NCBI GenBank assembly: GCA_965262935.1
Contig: OZ253572.1
Coordinates: forward strand, 3,861,369 to 3,925,368
Length of the DNA: 64,000 bases
Origin: Spirochaetia bacterium
GTDB lineage: Bacteria > Spirochaetota > Spirochaetia > SZUA-6 > Bin103
Reading direction: 5' to 3'
Part shown: positions 22,720 through 34,055 of the stretch, piece by piece
How the letters are laid out: every line of letters begins with the position of its first letter
How positions within the stretch are numbered: the stretch's first letter is position 1
Program-made: the position numbers and the translations under genes
The notes under the pieces: generated by a model
Databases searched by the model: none
The model's input: the letters and a program-made list of their open reading frames with translations, nothing else
What the model was told of the DNA's origin: nothing

Positions 22720-24519
22720 CTAATGACCCATTGCTTCCTTCAGCTCACTATCAACCCAGAGGCGGCTGAAGATGGTGGTATATTGACCCGTTCCCAACAT
22801 CGTTTCACCGTTAAAACCGACGAGCCACGGCTGGATCGCGACATACTGTGGGGCCATACCACCCCATATCTCCCAGAACTTCTCTATCCCATACTGATCC
22901 AACTCTTTAATTATGCTGTTATACTCCTCGATGGTGGTAGCGGCTGCGGCGGCTTCATGCATGGCTGTATAAACCGGGTCGTTGACATTGGCGCTGTTAT
23001 ATGATGTGGTCGGTAGATAGCGAGATTCTAATACCAATGCGTTCCACCGCATGGCCGCTTCCGCACTGATCATTTCGAAATCCCTCTCACCTCTTCTAGA
23101 GGCAAAGGAAGGTACTGGTGGTGAATCAATCTCTACATCAATGCCAATCTTATTCCAGTATGAAGCGAGTAATTCTACATAGCTCAAAGGTCTAAACACG
23201 AGGTGCATCAACTCGGTCTTAAATCTAATGCCGTCGGCCCCGCGCGGATACCCCGCCTCATCAAGAAGCTTCTCGGCCCCTGCCGGGTCATACATAAAGC
23301 CTTTCTTGACCTCTTCGGGCCACTCTTCAAATTGGGTGACACAACATGTTAAAGACCGGTTTATCACCCCCTGAGGTGTCACATCTGCAAAACCTCCATA
23401 AAAGCCGTCGTTAATTTCCTCGAGGTTTAGTGCCATCTGCATTGCCTTGCGCACCCTGATGTCGTCAAAGGGCGGCCTCTGCGTGTTCATACCAATAGCA
23501 TTATCCGACCGATCGATATACGGATATATCACGAGTTCGGGGTTGGTCCTCTTGAGGCTCTCTAACTGGTCTTGACTCATGATTGCGTTGCCGCTGATCG
23601 GACCTATGTAATCAATCCTACCCGTGCGCAGTGCCGCCAGATACGTTGGGTCTTCTGGCATAAACAGGGCCCTCAGCCGGTCAATATAGGGCAGGCGGTT
23701 CTCCGGGTATTTCTCGTCGTATCCCCAGTAGTCAGGATTCTTGTCCCAGGTAATAGAGACGCCTTCGACCAAGTCAGTCAGCATCATGGGTCCGGTGCCG
23801 ACCAGGTTCCTCCAATCCGTAACGTCCCCGTGTTCCTTGATTACCTCGGGGGGATATATCCAAGCGATCGTGCCGTCGAGGATAGCAGCCAGCGCATTGA
23901 GGTGTAGCGACTTCAGCTTAAAAACAACCGTCCATTTGTCGGTGGCCGTTACCGATTCGAGTGGCACAGATTTGAGTGCCTGGGCCCATTCGCTACGTTC
24001 GGTGAAACCGCTGCCCGTACCCGTAATACGGTGATAGTTATATACGATATCGTCGGCAATCAGCTCCCGACCGTTCATCGGTGGCTTATCATGCCAGTAA
24101 ACGCCCTGGCGGACTTTGACGATATACGTCAGTGGGTCGGGCTGCGACCAGCTTTCCGCCAGACTCCCTATCGTGTTAGTTGGAACGTTGTGATACACGA
24201 AGTCAAATTCGTCCCTAGGCGTTGCCCAGTCCGGCCAGGCGAGCTTCTCATTAACGCCAGCGACGTAGGCTTGCGCCCACATACCACTGATCACGGTGTC
24301 AGGACCCGCCGGCTCGTCTTTTCGGGCGAAGGTTATTGTCCCGCCATACTCTGGCGCCACCACCACCTTGCCGGTGGAGGGGTCGGTCACATACTTCTTG
24401 TCGGCAGCGGCTGCCGGCTCCTCTTCTGCGCCAGCGGCCCAGAGGCCGGTTGCGGCCATGACCAGGACCAACGCAAACGCGAAGGTCATTCTAGTCATTC
24501 TAAATAAGATTTTCATCAT
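22720..24519 (-). CDS. Extracellular solute-binding protein, family 5 (peptide/oligopeptide SBP), with signal peptide
   Basis: N-terminal signal peptide MMKILFRMTRMTFAFALVLVMAATGLWAAG; ~600 aa typical of OppA/DppA-type SBPs. First gene of the SBP-permease-permease operon. Confidence 0.75.
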   Translation of the reverse strand: MMKILFRMTRMTFAFALVLVMAATGLWAAGAEEEPAAAADKKYVTDPSTGKVVVAPEYGGTITFARKDEPAGPDTVISGMWAQAYVAGVNEKLAWPDWATPRDEFDFVYHNVPTNTIGSLAESWSQPDPLTYIVKVRQGVYWHDKPPMNGRELIADDIVYNYHRITGTGSGFTERSEWAQALKSVPLESVTATDKWTVVFKLKSLHLNALAAILDGTIAWIYPPEVIKEHGDVTDWRNLVGTGPMMLTDLVEGVSITWDKNPDYWGYDEKYPENRLPYIDRLRALFMPEDPTYLAALRTGRIDYIGPISGNAIMSQDQLESLKRTNPELVIYPYIDRSDNAIGMNTQRPPFDDIRVRKAMQMALNLEEINDGFYGGFADVTPQGVINRSLTCCVTQFEEWPEEVKKGFMYDPAGAEKLLDEAGYPRGADGIRFKTELMHLVFRPLSYVELLASYWNKIGIDVEIDSPPVPSFASRRGERDFEMISAEAAMRWNALVLESRYLPTTSYNSANVNDPVYTAMHEAAAAATTIEEYNSIIKELDQYGIEKFWEIWGGMAPQYVAIQPWLVGFNGETMLGTGQYTTIFSRLWVDSELKEAMGH

Positions 24520-24727
24520 CGTTAGTATCCTTGCTTGGATTTTGAGAGCATTGCGGAGCGACTTGCCGCTCCCTGGCTACTCTGACGCCCGCACCGCGGG
24601 CGCGCCCGCCAAACGCGGGCGGCCAGTCTGAGTCAATTCTTGGGGCGCGCGGCGTGTGACTCACCGGGTTCACCCCAGCCTCACGCCGCGCGCACGTGCG
24701 GCTCTTTGAGTATCATCTTGACCTCCT

Positions 24728-25843
24728 GTGCGCCGGCAAAAACCGGCAAGGTTGTTGTGAATGAGAGAGTCATACGTCGAAGGGCTAGCGACCCACGGCG
24801 GCCCTGAGTCATGCGCCGTCGCTCGTAAGAGCGGAGGTGAAGCGTTGACAGGGGTACGTGCGGGCCGGGTATCGAGCCGCGAAACGAGATTACTTCGGGG
24901 TGCCGACGCCTTAGGAGGAGGCGGAAGGCCACACCCGGGGCGCCGATATCGCGAGGCGCTACGGGACCCTGCGCGGTCACAGACCCCGGGCACGTACGGA
25001 AACACCTTGCGCGGGAGCCGGGAGATCCCAGCTTCGCCTGTGGCGGATGGCGCCGCAGGCCGTGTCGGGAAGTCCAAGGACGTACGCCGACGATGAACGG
25101 AGCTGGGAAGTCGGACAGGCCCATAGTACCTGGGAACCCCGCGAACAAGGACGGGAGCTGCCGCAGGCGGCGCGGCTATGGTGAACCCTACACGGGCACG
25201 CAGGCGGAAACGCCGGATACAGCCAAGGGAGAACCTACGGTCACGCCGGCCGGCAGCAACCGGGCCGCGGAGCGGGTGGAGGAAAGGGGCCTGGCCAAAG
25301 GGAATCCGCACCAGCAAAACGCGCCCCGGACACTGCGCCGGGCGGGCGCGCTCAGTGCGCTGGAGCGGATACGTCAGGCAGCGCGACGGGATAGGACGCT
25401 GCGGTTCACCGCGCTCCTGCACCACGTCTACAAACCCAGCGATGCTCCGGGAGGCGTACTTCCGCCTCAAGCGGGAAGCCGCGCCGGGCGTGGACCGGGT
25501 GACGTGGCGGCAGTACGGAAGGGATCTGGAGGGCAACCTCCTGGACCTCTCCGGACGGCTCAAGCGAGGAGCGTACCGGGGGAAGCCGGTGCGGAGAGTG
25601 TTCATCTCCAAGACCGACGGGCGGCCGCGGCCGCTCTGCCTTCCCATAGCTACCCTCCATAGCGAATATACACAGAAAGTTGCATGATGGTCAATGGGTT
25701 TCGACAGATAATCGGCGTGACGGCGCTGGAAGACAAGATCGTCCAGCGTGCGACAGTCGAGGTGCTGAACGCCATCTACGAGACCGACTTTCTCGGGTTC
25801 AGTTACGGGTTCCGTCCGGGGCTGTGGCGCGACAATCAGGGTG
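24728..25843 (+). mobile_element. Group II intron, 5' fragment (ribozyme domains I-III/IV plus N-terminal third of the intron-encoded RT), truncated after RT motif FRPG
   Basis: GTGCGCC at 24728 resembles the intron 5' consensus GUGYG. The downstream ORF carries diagnostic IEP motifs ALERIRQAARRDRTLRFTALLHHVY, KREAAPGVDRVTW, RVFI(S)KTDGRPRPL, LEDKIVQRATVEVLNAIYETDFLGFSYGFRPG. Frameshifts within; no domain V/VI and no X/En domains are present. Confidence 0.6.
25093..25843 (+). pseudogene. Group II intron reverse transcriptase/maturase N-terminal fragment (frameshifted, truncated)
   Basis: Three overlapping frames (25093-25662, 25178-25687, 25684-25902) together spell RT domains 0-2. The sequence diverges immediately after YGFRPG. 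Confidence 0.6.
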
Positions 25844-26368
25844 AGAAACGGGCGACAATCAGGATGAGAATCAGTGTCGCAACAAGACCCAGGGTGGCGT
25901 AGGACGGTTGGTTGTGCAAGGGGCTGCAGATGCGCAGTCGCAGTGAGCGCGCTCGGCGGGAGAATGGGAAGAGCTCGACGGAGTAATCGGGACTGCTTGG
26001 AGCACCGCCGGGTGATCCCAACATGGCGTTGAAGGGGCAGCGGGAGGTGATTTTCGGGGGTATCCAGATACCACCTTGCTGCCGCGAAGCCCGCCACGGC
26101 GATCCTCGGGCGATTTTTTGAGGCCATCCACCGCCAGCAACGCCGGTTAGGCCTGAGCAAGCGCTCTGAGGAGCCGTTGGCGGGCAGCGCATACGTTGCT
26201 GAGGTCGGGCACCAGGGGACGGCTGAGCGTTGGTTGGCGCCCTCTCGTAACGACCGTGAGGAGTCCCGGTCGGCACCGTAGCGGCCCCAGGGGCCGCCCG
26301 GTCAGGGCTTGCCGAACGGAGCGGGCGAGTTGCGGGTTCCCGCCTTCGGTAGTGGTGACGAGCTAAAC

Positions 26369-29300
26369 GCTTCAATGAGGCCGCCGGATTTACCCGGCGG
26401 AAACAGCCGTGCTAAGGTGCCGTCATCCCCCGCAACAGCGGGGCTTCAATGAGGCCGCCGGATTTACCCGGCGGAAACGCGGATGGTGACGCCGGCCGCG
26501 GTGATCTTGAGCCGGGCGCTTCAATGAGGCCGCCGGATTTACCCGGCGGAAACATCAACCCGGAACACCTGCATGTAGGATCAGCAGCAGAGCTTCAATG
26601 AGGCCGCCGGATTTACCCGGCGGAAACCCCGATAGTCGCACGGCAGAGGGGTGGCCGTCAAGACGTGCTTCAATGAGGCCGCCGGATTTACCCGGCGGAA
26701 ACGCATTGTCGACAGACCGCAGTATGCTGGCAGCACAATGCTTCAATGAGGCCGCCGGATTTACCCGGCGGAAACCAGCAGCAGGGCATACCGCTGACCG
26801 CGATACCCAAGGACGAGCTTCAATGAGGCCGCCGGATTTACCCGGCGGAAACACGCAACTCGATAGTACATAATATAACCGAACATAGTAGCTTCAATGA
26901 GGCCGCCGGATTTACCCGGCGGAAACCCTAAATCAGGTTGACCAAACTCTTCATGTTCTCTAGCTTCAATGAGGCCGCCGGATTTACCCGGCGGAAACGT
27001 GAACAGGGAGCCTGGTTGCTGAAAATGCCCCCAATCGCGCTTCAATGAGGCCGCCGGATTTACCCGGCGGAAACTCGGTTGAATCGGACGGCGCCGCCGT
27101 GCCGATGTGGAGGCTTCAATGAGGCCGCCGGATTTACCCGGCGGAAACATCGGGGTTCGCGGCGTTCACGTCCGTGACCCTGCCCTCGCTTCAATGAGGC
27201 CGCCGGATTTACCCGGCGGAAACTCGCCTCTGTTGTCGACGATCCACATATGCCCCTGAGAATCGCTTCAATGAGGCCGCCGGATTTACCCGGCGGAAAC
27301 GTCGCAGAGAGCGTGATCGTGTACTTGAACGGCAACCCGCTTCAATGAGGCCGCCGGATTTACCCGGCGGAAACGGCATGACGGCCACGGCGTCGCCGGC
27401 AGGATTCGACCGGCGCTTCAATGAGGCCGCCGGATTTACCCGGCGGAAACGTCACCATTGAAGGCGCGGACGGGCGTGCTGTCCACCTGCTTCAATGAGG
27501 CCGCCGGATTTACCCGGCGGAAACAGACGTATGCCCGGCCGGACCCGGTAGCCCAGTATGTTGCTTCAATGAGGCCGCCGGATTTACCCGGCGGAAACTC
27601 CCTGAAAGGCCGCGCGGTTCAACACCGTGGCCCACGCTTCAATGAGGCCGCCGGATTTACCCGGCGGAAACGCCCGTGCGACTTGGTGGGCATGCGTGGT
27701 ACGCGGTCGATGCTTCAATGAGGCCGCCGGATTTACCCGGCGGAAACGGTCGCGGCGGGTGTCGGCCCTTTCTCGGGTGCTTGCGCTTCAATGAGGCCGC
27801 CGGATTTACCCGGCGGAAACGCCTAAGCGAAAGAGCAGATACTCCAGAGGAAGCAGTGCTTCAATGAGGCCGCCGGATTTACCCGGCGGAAACCTCTGGA
27901 CAGTTTCTCGGGATCGCGGCCAACTCGACTCGCTTCAATGAGGCCGCCGGATTTACCCGGCGGAAACACAACACGATGGTCATGCCGGTGGCCGGATCGC
28001 GCTGCTTCAATGAGGCCGCCGGATTTACCCGGCGGAAACAAAGGCCGGGGCGCCCATAAACACCCCAGCCCCCAGGCTTCAATGAGGCCGCCGGATTTAC
28101 CCGGCGGAAACGAAGAACGGAGCCCCCGGCATCGCGTGCTGCCCCGGCAGGCTTCAATGAGGCCGCCGGATTTACCCGGCGGAAACGCGGGCGCGGCGGG
28201 TGACGCGCCTGACGCGCTGGTGCGTGCTTCAATGAGGCCGCCGGATTTACCCGGCGGAAACCGCCTGTTGCATGTACCAAGGTCACACGCAGATACACGC
28301 GGCTTCAATGAGGCCGCCGGATTTACCCGGCGGAAACCCGAGACGGCGGAGGCGCATATGGCGCGCTTCGTGGGAGAGCTTCAATGAGGCCGCCGGATTT
28401 ACCCGGCGGAAACTCGGCACAACGCTGGTGATGACCCACGGAATATCGAAGCGCTTCAATGAGGCCGCCGGATTTACCCGGCGGAAACGCGCGCTGGCGT
28501 GAGCTACTGCGCAACATGTAAACCGTGCTTCAATGAGGCCGCCGGATTTACCCGGCGGAAACTTCGGATCACGTTGAATCTGTATTCCCTGGCCCGTGCG
28601 CTTCAATGAGGCCGCCGGATTTACCCGGCGGAAACCCTGCTGGGCGCGCCCACATGCGCCGTCTGTCAGCGGATGCTTCAATGAGGCCGCCGGATTTACC
28701 CGGCGGAAACCAGGCCGCCGGCCCGGACGAAGCATCCGGCGGACCGTCGCTTCAATGAGGCCGCCGGATTTACCCGGCGGAAACGCGCGGCTCATTTGCA
28801 GCCATACCAGCGCGACGCCCGCGCTTCAATGAGGCCGCCGGATTTACCCGGCGGAAACCCACCGTACCAAGCAGGCGCCCGCCCGTCAATCGGTGCTTCA
28901 ATGAGGCCGCCGGATTTACCCGGCGGAAACCACTCGTACCGGTATGCACGATTGTCGGCTCTGGTACCGCGCTTCAATGAGGCCGCCGGATTTACCCGGC
29001 GGAAACTCCGCCGGGTCGATGCCGTGCGAGTCCGTGCAGTAGGCTTCAATGAGGCCGCCGGATTTACCCGGCGGAAACACACGTGGCGGCGGGCTCTACG
29101 AACGCGGCGTGGTCATGGCTTCAATGAGGCCGCCGGATTTACCCGGCGGAAACCAGCCGGTGGACAAAGTGTATGACCGGCTGCGCAAGGCGCTTCAATG
29201 AGGCCGCCGGATTTACCCGGCGGAAACGTCGACGCCCGACGGCGCGAACGTGACCGCGACGGCAGGCTTCAATGAGGCCGCCGGATTTACCCGGCGGAAA

Positions 29301-32300
29301 CGCGAATCCAGCTGTTGGTGGCACTGGATATAACCTTGCTTCAATGAGGCCGCCGGATTTACCCGGCGGAAACCACGTGAAGCCGCCGTCGATGCTCCAC
29401 TGTACGTCGCCCAGCTTCAATGAGGCCGCCGGATTTACCCGGCGGAAACCCGCCACCCGCATCGTCCAACGGCGGTCCTGATCGTCCGTGCTTCAATGAG
29501 GCCGCCGGATTTACCCGGCGGAAACCCGCCGTGGCGTTACGCGAGTACGCGCGGCACGTCCTTAAGCTTCAATGAGGCCGCCGGATTTACCCGGCGGAAA
29601 CACACGCCCGGCGCGGCGCGTCAAGGGCGGGTCAGTCGTTGCTTCAATGAGGCCGCCGGATTTACCCGGCGGAAACACCGTGGCGGTCCCCAGGGGCAGG
29701 TTGGCCATGTCGGAGCTTCAATGAGGCCGCCGGATTTACCCGGCGGAAACCGATGCGCCATCGGTCGCACCAGACCACGGACGGCGCCCCGCTTCAATGA
29801 GGCCGCCGGATTTACCCGGCGGAAACCACATTAGCGACGTGCCGTCCGTCGACCCGCACCTCGTGCTTCAATGAGGCCGCCGGATTTACCCGGCGGAAAC
29901 TCGGCAGCAGGGCAGACATACGATACCAACAGGTACCCGCTTCAATGAGGCCGCCGGATTTACCCGGCGGAAACGCGGGCGCGGCAGACGGCCAAACGGC
30001 GGTCGTGATGCTTCAATGAGGCCGCCGGATTTACCCGGCGGAAACAACGCCGTGACGCGGGCGCCGTTGTCGAGCGGGCAGTTCCAGCTTCAATGAGGCC
30101 GCCGGATTTACCCGGCGGAAACGTGCCGGCGCGCCGGGCTCAGGCGTGGGTGATAGCGGGCTTCAATGAGGCCGCCGGATTTACCCGGCGGAAACGGCGG
30201 AGACGCCATCAGTGGTCGCCTCCGCCTTCTTCAAGCTTCAATGAGGCCGCCGGATTTACCCGGCGGAAACACGGGTAGACAGACGTGGTGTCTTGGATCA
30301 TCGCTCGTGGGCTTCAATGAGGCCGCCGGATTTACCCGGCGGAAACATGGCCAGCGATGGCCGACGACGAGATGATCGGCCTCGAGCTTCAATGAGGCCG
30401 CCGGATTTACCCGGCGGAAACTAGAAGGCTACTACTAACCAGCTTGTCAAACTCATTCAGCGCTTCAATGAGGCCGCCGGATTTACCCGGCGGAAACAGC
30501 GGCATTGTGCGCGTCGTCCACAACGTCCGATTCGGCGCTTCAATGAGGCCGCCGGATTTACCCGGCGGAAACGCGCGAGCTGCGCAAGGCTGGCAGGGAG
30601 CTGGTCGACCAGCTTCAATGAGGCCGCCGGATTTACCCGGCGGAAACAAACGTCATCCGCTGACCGCCTGCGCCATCGCCTTGCTTCAATGAGGCCGCCG
30701 GATTTACCCGGCGGAAACCCGTCGCTCCCATCTTTGTGACCGCCTGGAACAATTCATGCTTCAATGAGGCCGCCGGATTTACCCGGCGGAAACAGCGGAT
30801 GCTCCGCAATCCGACGCGTACGGAAGCGCGCGCTTCAATGAGGCCGCCGGATTTACCCGGCGGAAACTTGCGTTAGCTCGATAACGGGCCGGTCGCGCAT
30901 GATGGTGCTTCAATGAGGCCGCCGGATTTACCCGGCGGAAACCCGCGATGGTGGCGTTGCCGGACACCGCCGGTTCGCCCGCGGGCTTCAATGAGGCCGC
31001 CGGATTTACCCGGCGGAAACATCCGACCACCGGCGACGACGGCGCGTACGGCACCCTGCCGCTTCAATGAGGCCGCCGGATTTACCCGGCGGAAACCGCG
31101 CGGTACTGCTGAACTGGCCAGCGGCCGCCTCCATGCTTCAATGAGGCCGCCGGATTTACCCGGCGGAAACCGTGAAGTCCACCAGCCCGTCATAGTCGGC
31201 GATGTTGTGCTTCAATGAGGCCGCCGGATTTACCCGGCGGAAACCCCGATGGCGCGGTTGATCGCCGAGCCTGCCTGCACCTGCTTCAATGAGGCCGCCG
31301 GATTTACCCGGCGGAAACCCGCGGCACAGCTTGGTTATCCCGTCACCGAATCGCACGGCGCTTCAATGAGGCCGCCGGATTTACCCGGCGGAAACCAGAG
31401 TACGGGAAGGCTATCCAGCCCCTTCCCGTACTATTGCTTCAATGAGGCCGCCGGATTTACCCGGCGGAAACACGGGGCGGAGGACAACGGAGCTTTCGCT
31501 CCTTGCACAAGCTTCAATGAGGCCGCCGGATTTACCCGGCGGAAACCATACAAGAGCCGAGCGCACGCGAACAAGGTTGCTGCCGCTTCAATGAGGCCGC
31601 CGGATTTACCCGGCGGAAACGCGACCGCGACTGCCGCCGAAGCCCGTGAGCGAGTCGAGCTTCAATGAGGCCGCCGGATTTACCCGGCGGAAACATGCTC
31701 TCGGTTGTGCTTTCCACGGTAGCAGGTTACTACGCTTCAATGAGGCCGCCGGATTTACCCGGCGGAAACTTGCTGACAAGTGCTGTTGATGGGATGAACA
31801 AGCTTGCTTCAATGAGGCCGCCGGATTTACCCGGCGGAAACTTACAATGGCTACTGTAAAGCGCATAAGGACAAGCGCAGCTTCAATGAGGCCGCCGGAT
31901 TTACCCGGCGGAAACATCGCATCGGCAACCTTAGCCAGTAGCTCCGCAACGCGGGGCTTCAATGAGGCCGCCGGATTTACCCGGCGGAAACGGGCTTAAG
32001 CGGTAGGCCGGGGTGGCGGCCTAGTTGCTTCAATGAGGCCGCCGGATTTACCCGGCGGAAACACGACTTGATCTTACGGACGGTGGGCCGCTTCACCTCG
32101 GCTTCAATGAGGCCGCCGGATTTACCCGGCGGAAACGCCAGCATTCGCGCCGAGCGCTTCGACCGCCGGCAGCAGGCTTCAATGAGGCCGCCGGATTTAC
32201 CCGGCGGAAACGCACCATAAGCCAGGAGGGCAGGGCGTGCAGATACAACGGCTTCAATGAGGCCGCCGGATTTACCCGGCGGAAACGCATTCAGCCGCGC

Positions 32301-33555
32301 TGCTGTCGCTGCTGCATAGGGAGAGCGCTTCAATGAGGCCGCCGGATTTACCCGGCGGAAACACAAACGCTACGGCGCATGCGTTGATCTGCCGCTGGCC
32401 GCTTCAATGAGGCCGCCGGATTTACCCGGCGGAAACGATCGCCGAGCACCAAGCGGAAGCGCACCACCGGCATGCTTCAATGAGGCCGCCGGATTTACCC
32501 GGCGGAAACCCGTGAGGTCGCAACTGCCGTCCACCGGCCTACTACCGGCGCTTCAATGAGGCCGCCGGATTTACCCGGCGGAAACACACCGACTGGGGCA
32601 GCGAGTTTCCCGGCTATCTCAACTCGCTTCAATGAGGCCGCCGGATTTACCCGGCGGAAACACGGCGAGCACGATGGGCGCTTGGTAGCCGGTGCCGTCC
32701 GCTTCAATGAGGCCGCCGGATTTACCCGGCGGAAACCCTCGAACAGCCCGGCAACGATCGAGTGCAGCTTGCCGCGCTTCAATGAGGCCGCCGGATTTAC
32801 CCGGCGGAAACACAGACAACGAACCGCCCGGCACCGCCGTCAATTCGTAGGCTTCAATGAGGCCGCCGGATTTACCCGGCGGAAACTTGTCGGGAATGAC
32901 ATTGACCAAGTTTCCGGTGTCAGAAGGCTTCAATGAGGCCGCCGGATTTACCCGGCGGAAACGGCGAGTGGATCGACGACACGTACATGCCTGATCCGAA
33001 GGGCTTCAATGAGGCCGCCGGATTTACCCGGCGGAAACTCCAGGACCAGCAGGAACTCGACCGCAAGCGGTCCAAGCTTCAATGAGGCCGCCGGATTTAC
33101 CCGGCGGAAACACGCTGGGGAATTCGCGGGGACGAGACGTTGGAGTCGTACCTGTGCTTCAATGAGGCCGCCGGATTTACCCGGCGGAAACATCGCCGAC
33201 CAGGAGGACAACTAATGGACAGTCCCGAGGCTTCAATGAGGCCGCCGGATTTACCCGGCGGAAACATCGCGGCGGCGGCACTGGCAGCGGCGGCAAAGCC
33301 GCTTCAATGAGGCCGCCGGATTTACCCGGCGGAAACCGGCACGACGAGCGTCGTAATCTCGGCACGCAGTACGCTTCAATGAGGCCGCCGGATTTACCCG
33401 GCGGAAACTGGTGGTTGGCAACAACCCGCAGAGCGTACAGGTTACGAGCTTCAATGAGGCCGCCGGATTTACCCGGCGGAAACAGCCCCACCGGCAGCCG
33501 AACAGGCGGGCTTGAACCTGCTTCAATGAGGCCGCCGGATTTACCCGGCGGAAAC
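26369..33555 (-). CRISPR. CRISPR array, 97 copies of a 36-bp repeat (plus strand GCTTCAATGAGGCCGCCGGATTTACCCGGCGGAAAC; inferred transcribed form GTTTCCGCCGGGTAAATCCGGCGGCCTCATTGAAGC), 96 spacers of ~35-40 bp
   Basis: Counted repeat by repeat; all copies appear identical. Internal 7-bp stem CCGCCGG/CCGGCGG. The minus-strand orientation was chosen because it ends in ...ATTGAAGC (like the canonical ATTGAAAC handle) and because cas1-cas2 and the AT-rich leader sit at the 33.6-kb end. Confidence 0.95.
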
Positions 33556-33760
33556 GGACCGGGATTAACTCTTCGCTCAGCCGGGACATATTGACCGGGT
33601 TGCGAGGGGTGACCGTCGATCCGTATGTGGGGCGAGGCAGCGTTGGCATCGAGTGCTACTATATCCCATAACTCTATGTATGTCAAAGACCTTGCGACTT
33701 GCGAGCGGTCCCTGGGGGTGCGTGCACCACTGGAGCGCTCGGTCGGCAACGGCGCGGTCA
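33556..33760 (-). promoter_or_regulatory. Putative CRISPR leader (AT-richer 205 bp between cas2 stop and the first repeat)
   Basis: Position between cas2 and the array; local drop in GC (…CTACTATATCCCATAACTCTATGTATGTCAAAG…). Confidence 0.45.
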
Positions 33761-34051
33761 TCACACGATGACCGGCTCCCGTTTGAGCGGGTGGAATGCC
33801 TTACCGAGGCTGGTCACCCGCGGCTCGATGGAGTCGGCGACGCCTACGTCGACGAGCACCACATGATCTTCCCTATGGTCTATCAGAAGGTCGAGCTTGG
33901 CAACCAGTTCGGCTTGGCGGCGACGGTTCATCCGGCACTGGAACACCGAGAGCTGTACCCATGCGCCGTAGCCATTCATTACCTTGAATACCTTTCGCCA
34001 GCGGCGGGGATCCGATATGTCGTAGGCAACGATGTAGAGGTGCTCTTCCAT
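33761..34051 (-). CDS. cas2: Cas2 (96 aa)
   Basis: MEEHLYIVAYDISDPRRWRKVFKVMNGYGAWVQLSVFQC, a textbook Cas2. 4 bp downstream of cas4/1. Confidence 0.85.
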   Translation of the reverse strand: MEEHLYIVAYDISDPRRWRKVFKVMNGYGAWVQLSVFQCRMNRRRQAELVAKLDLLIDHREDHVVLVDVGVADSIEPRVTSLGKAFHPLKREPVIV

Positions 34052-34055
34052 CGGC

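Noticed and set aside
26369-33555. Alternative CRISPR orientation (plus strand transcription with leader at 25900-26368)
   Set aside because: The plus-strand repeat would leave only a 4-5-nt post-hairpin tail, whereas the minus strand gives the canonical ~12-nt ...ATTGAAGC handle. Also, cas4/1-cas2 and an AT-rich 205-bp region flank the other end. In addition, 25900-26368 is GC-rich.
26555-33764. Dozens of 60-195-aa ORFs on both strands inside the array (recurrent FPPGKSGGLIEA / RRVNPAASLK / MRPPDLPGGN peptides)
   Set aside because: They are simply the 36-bp repeat translated in different frames with spacers in between; not genes.
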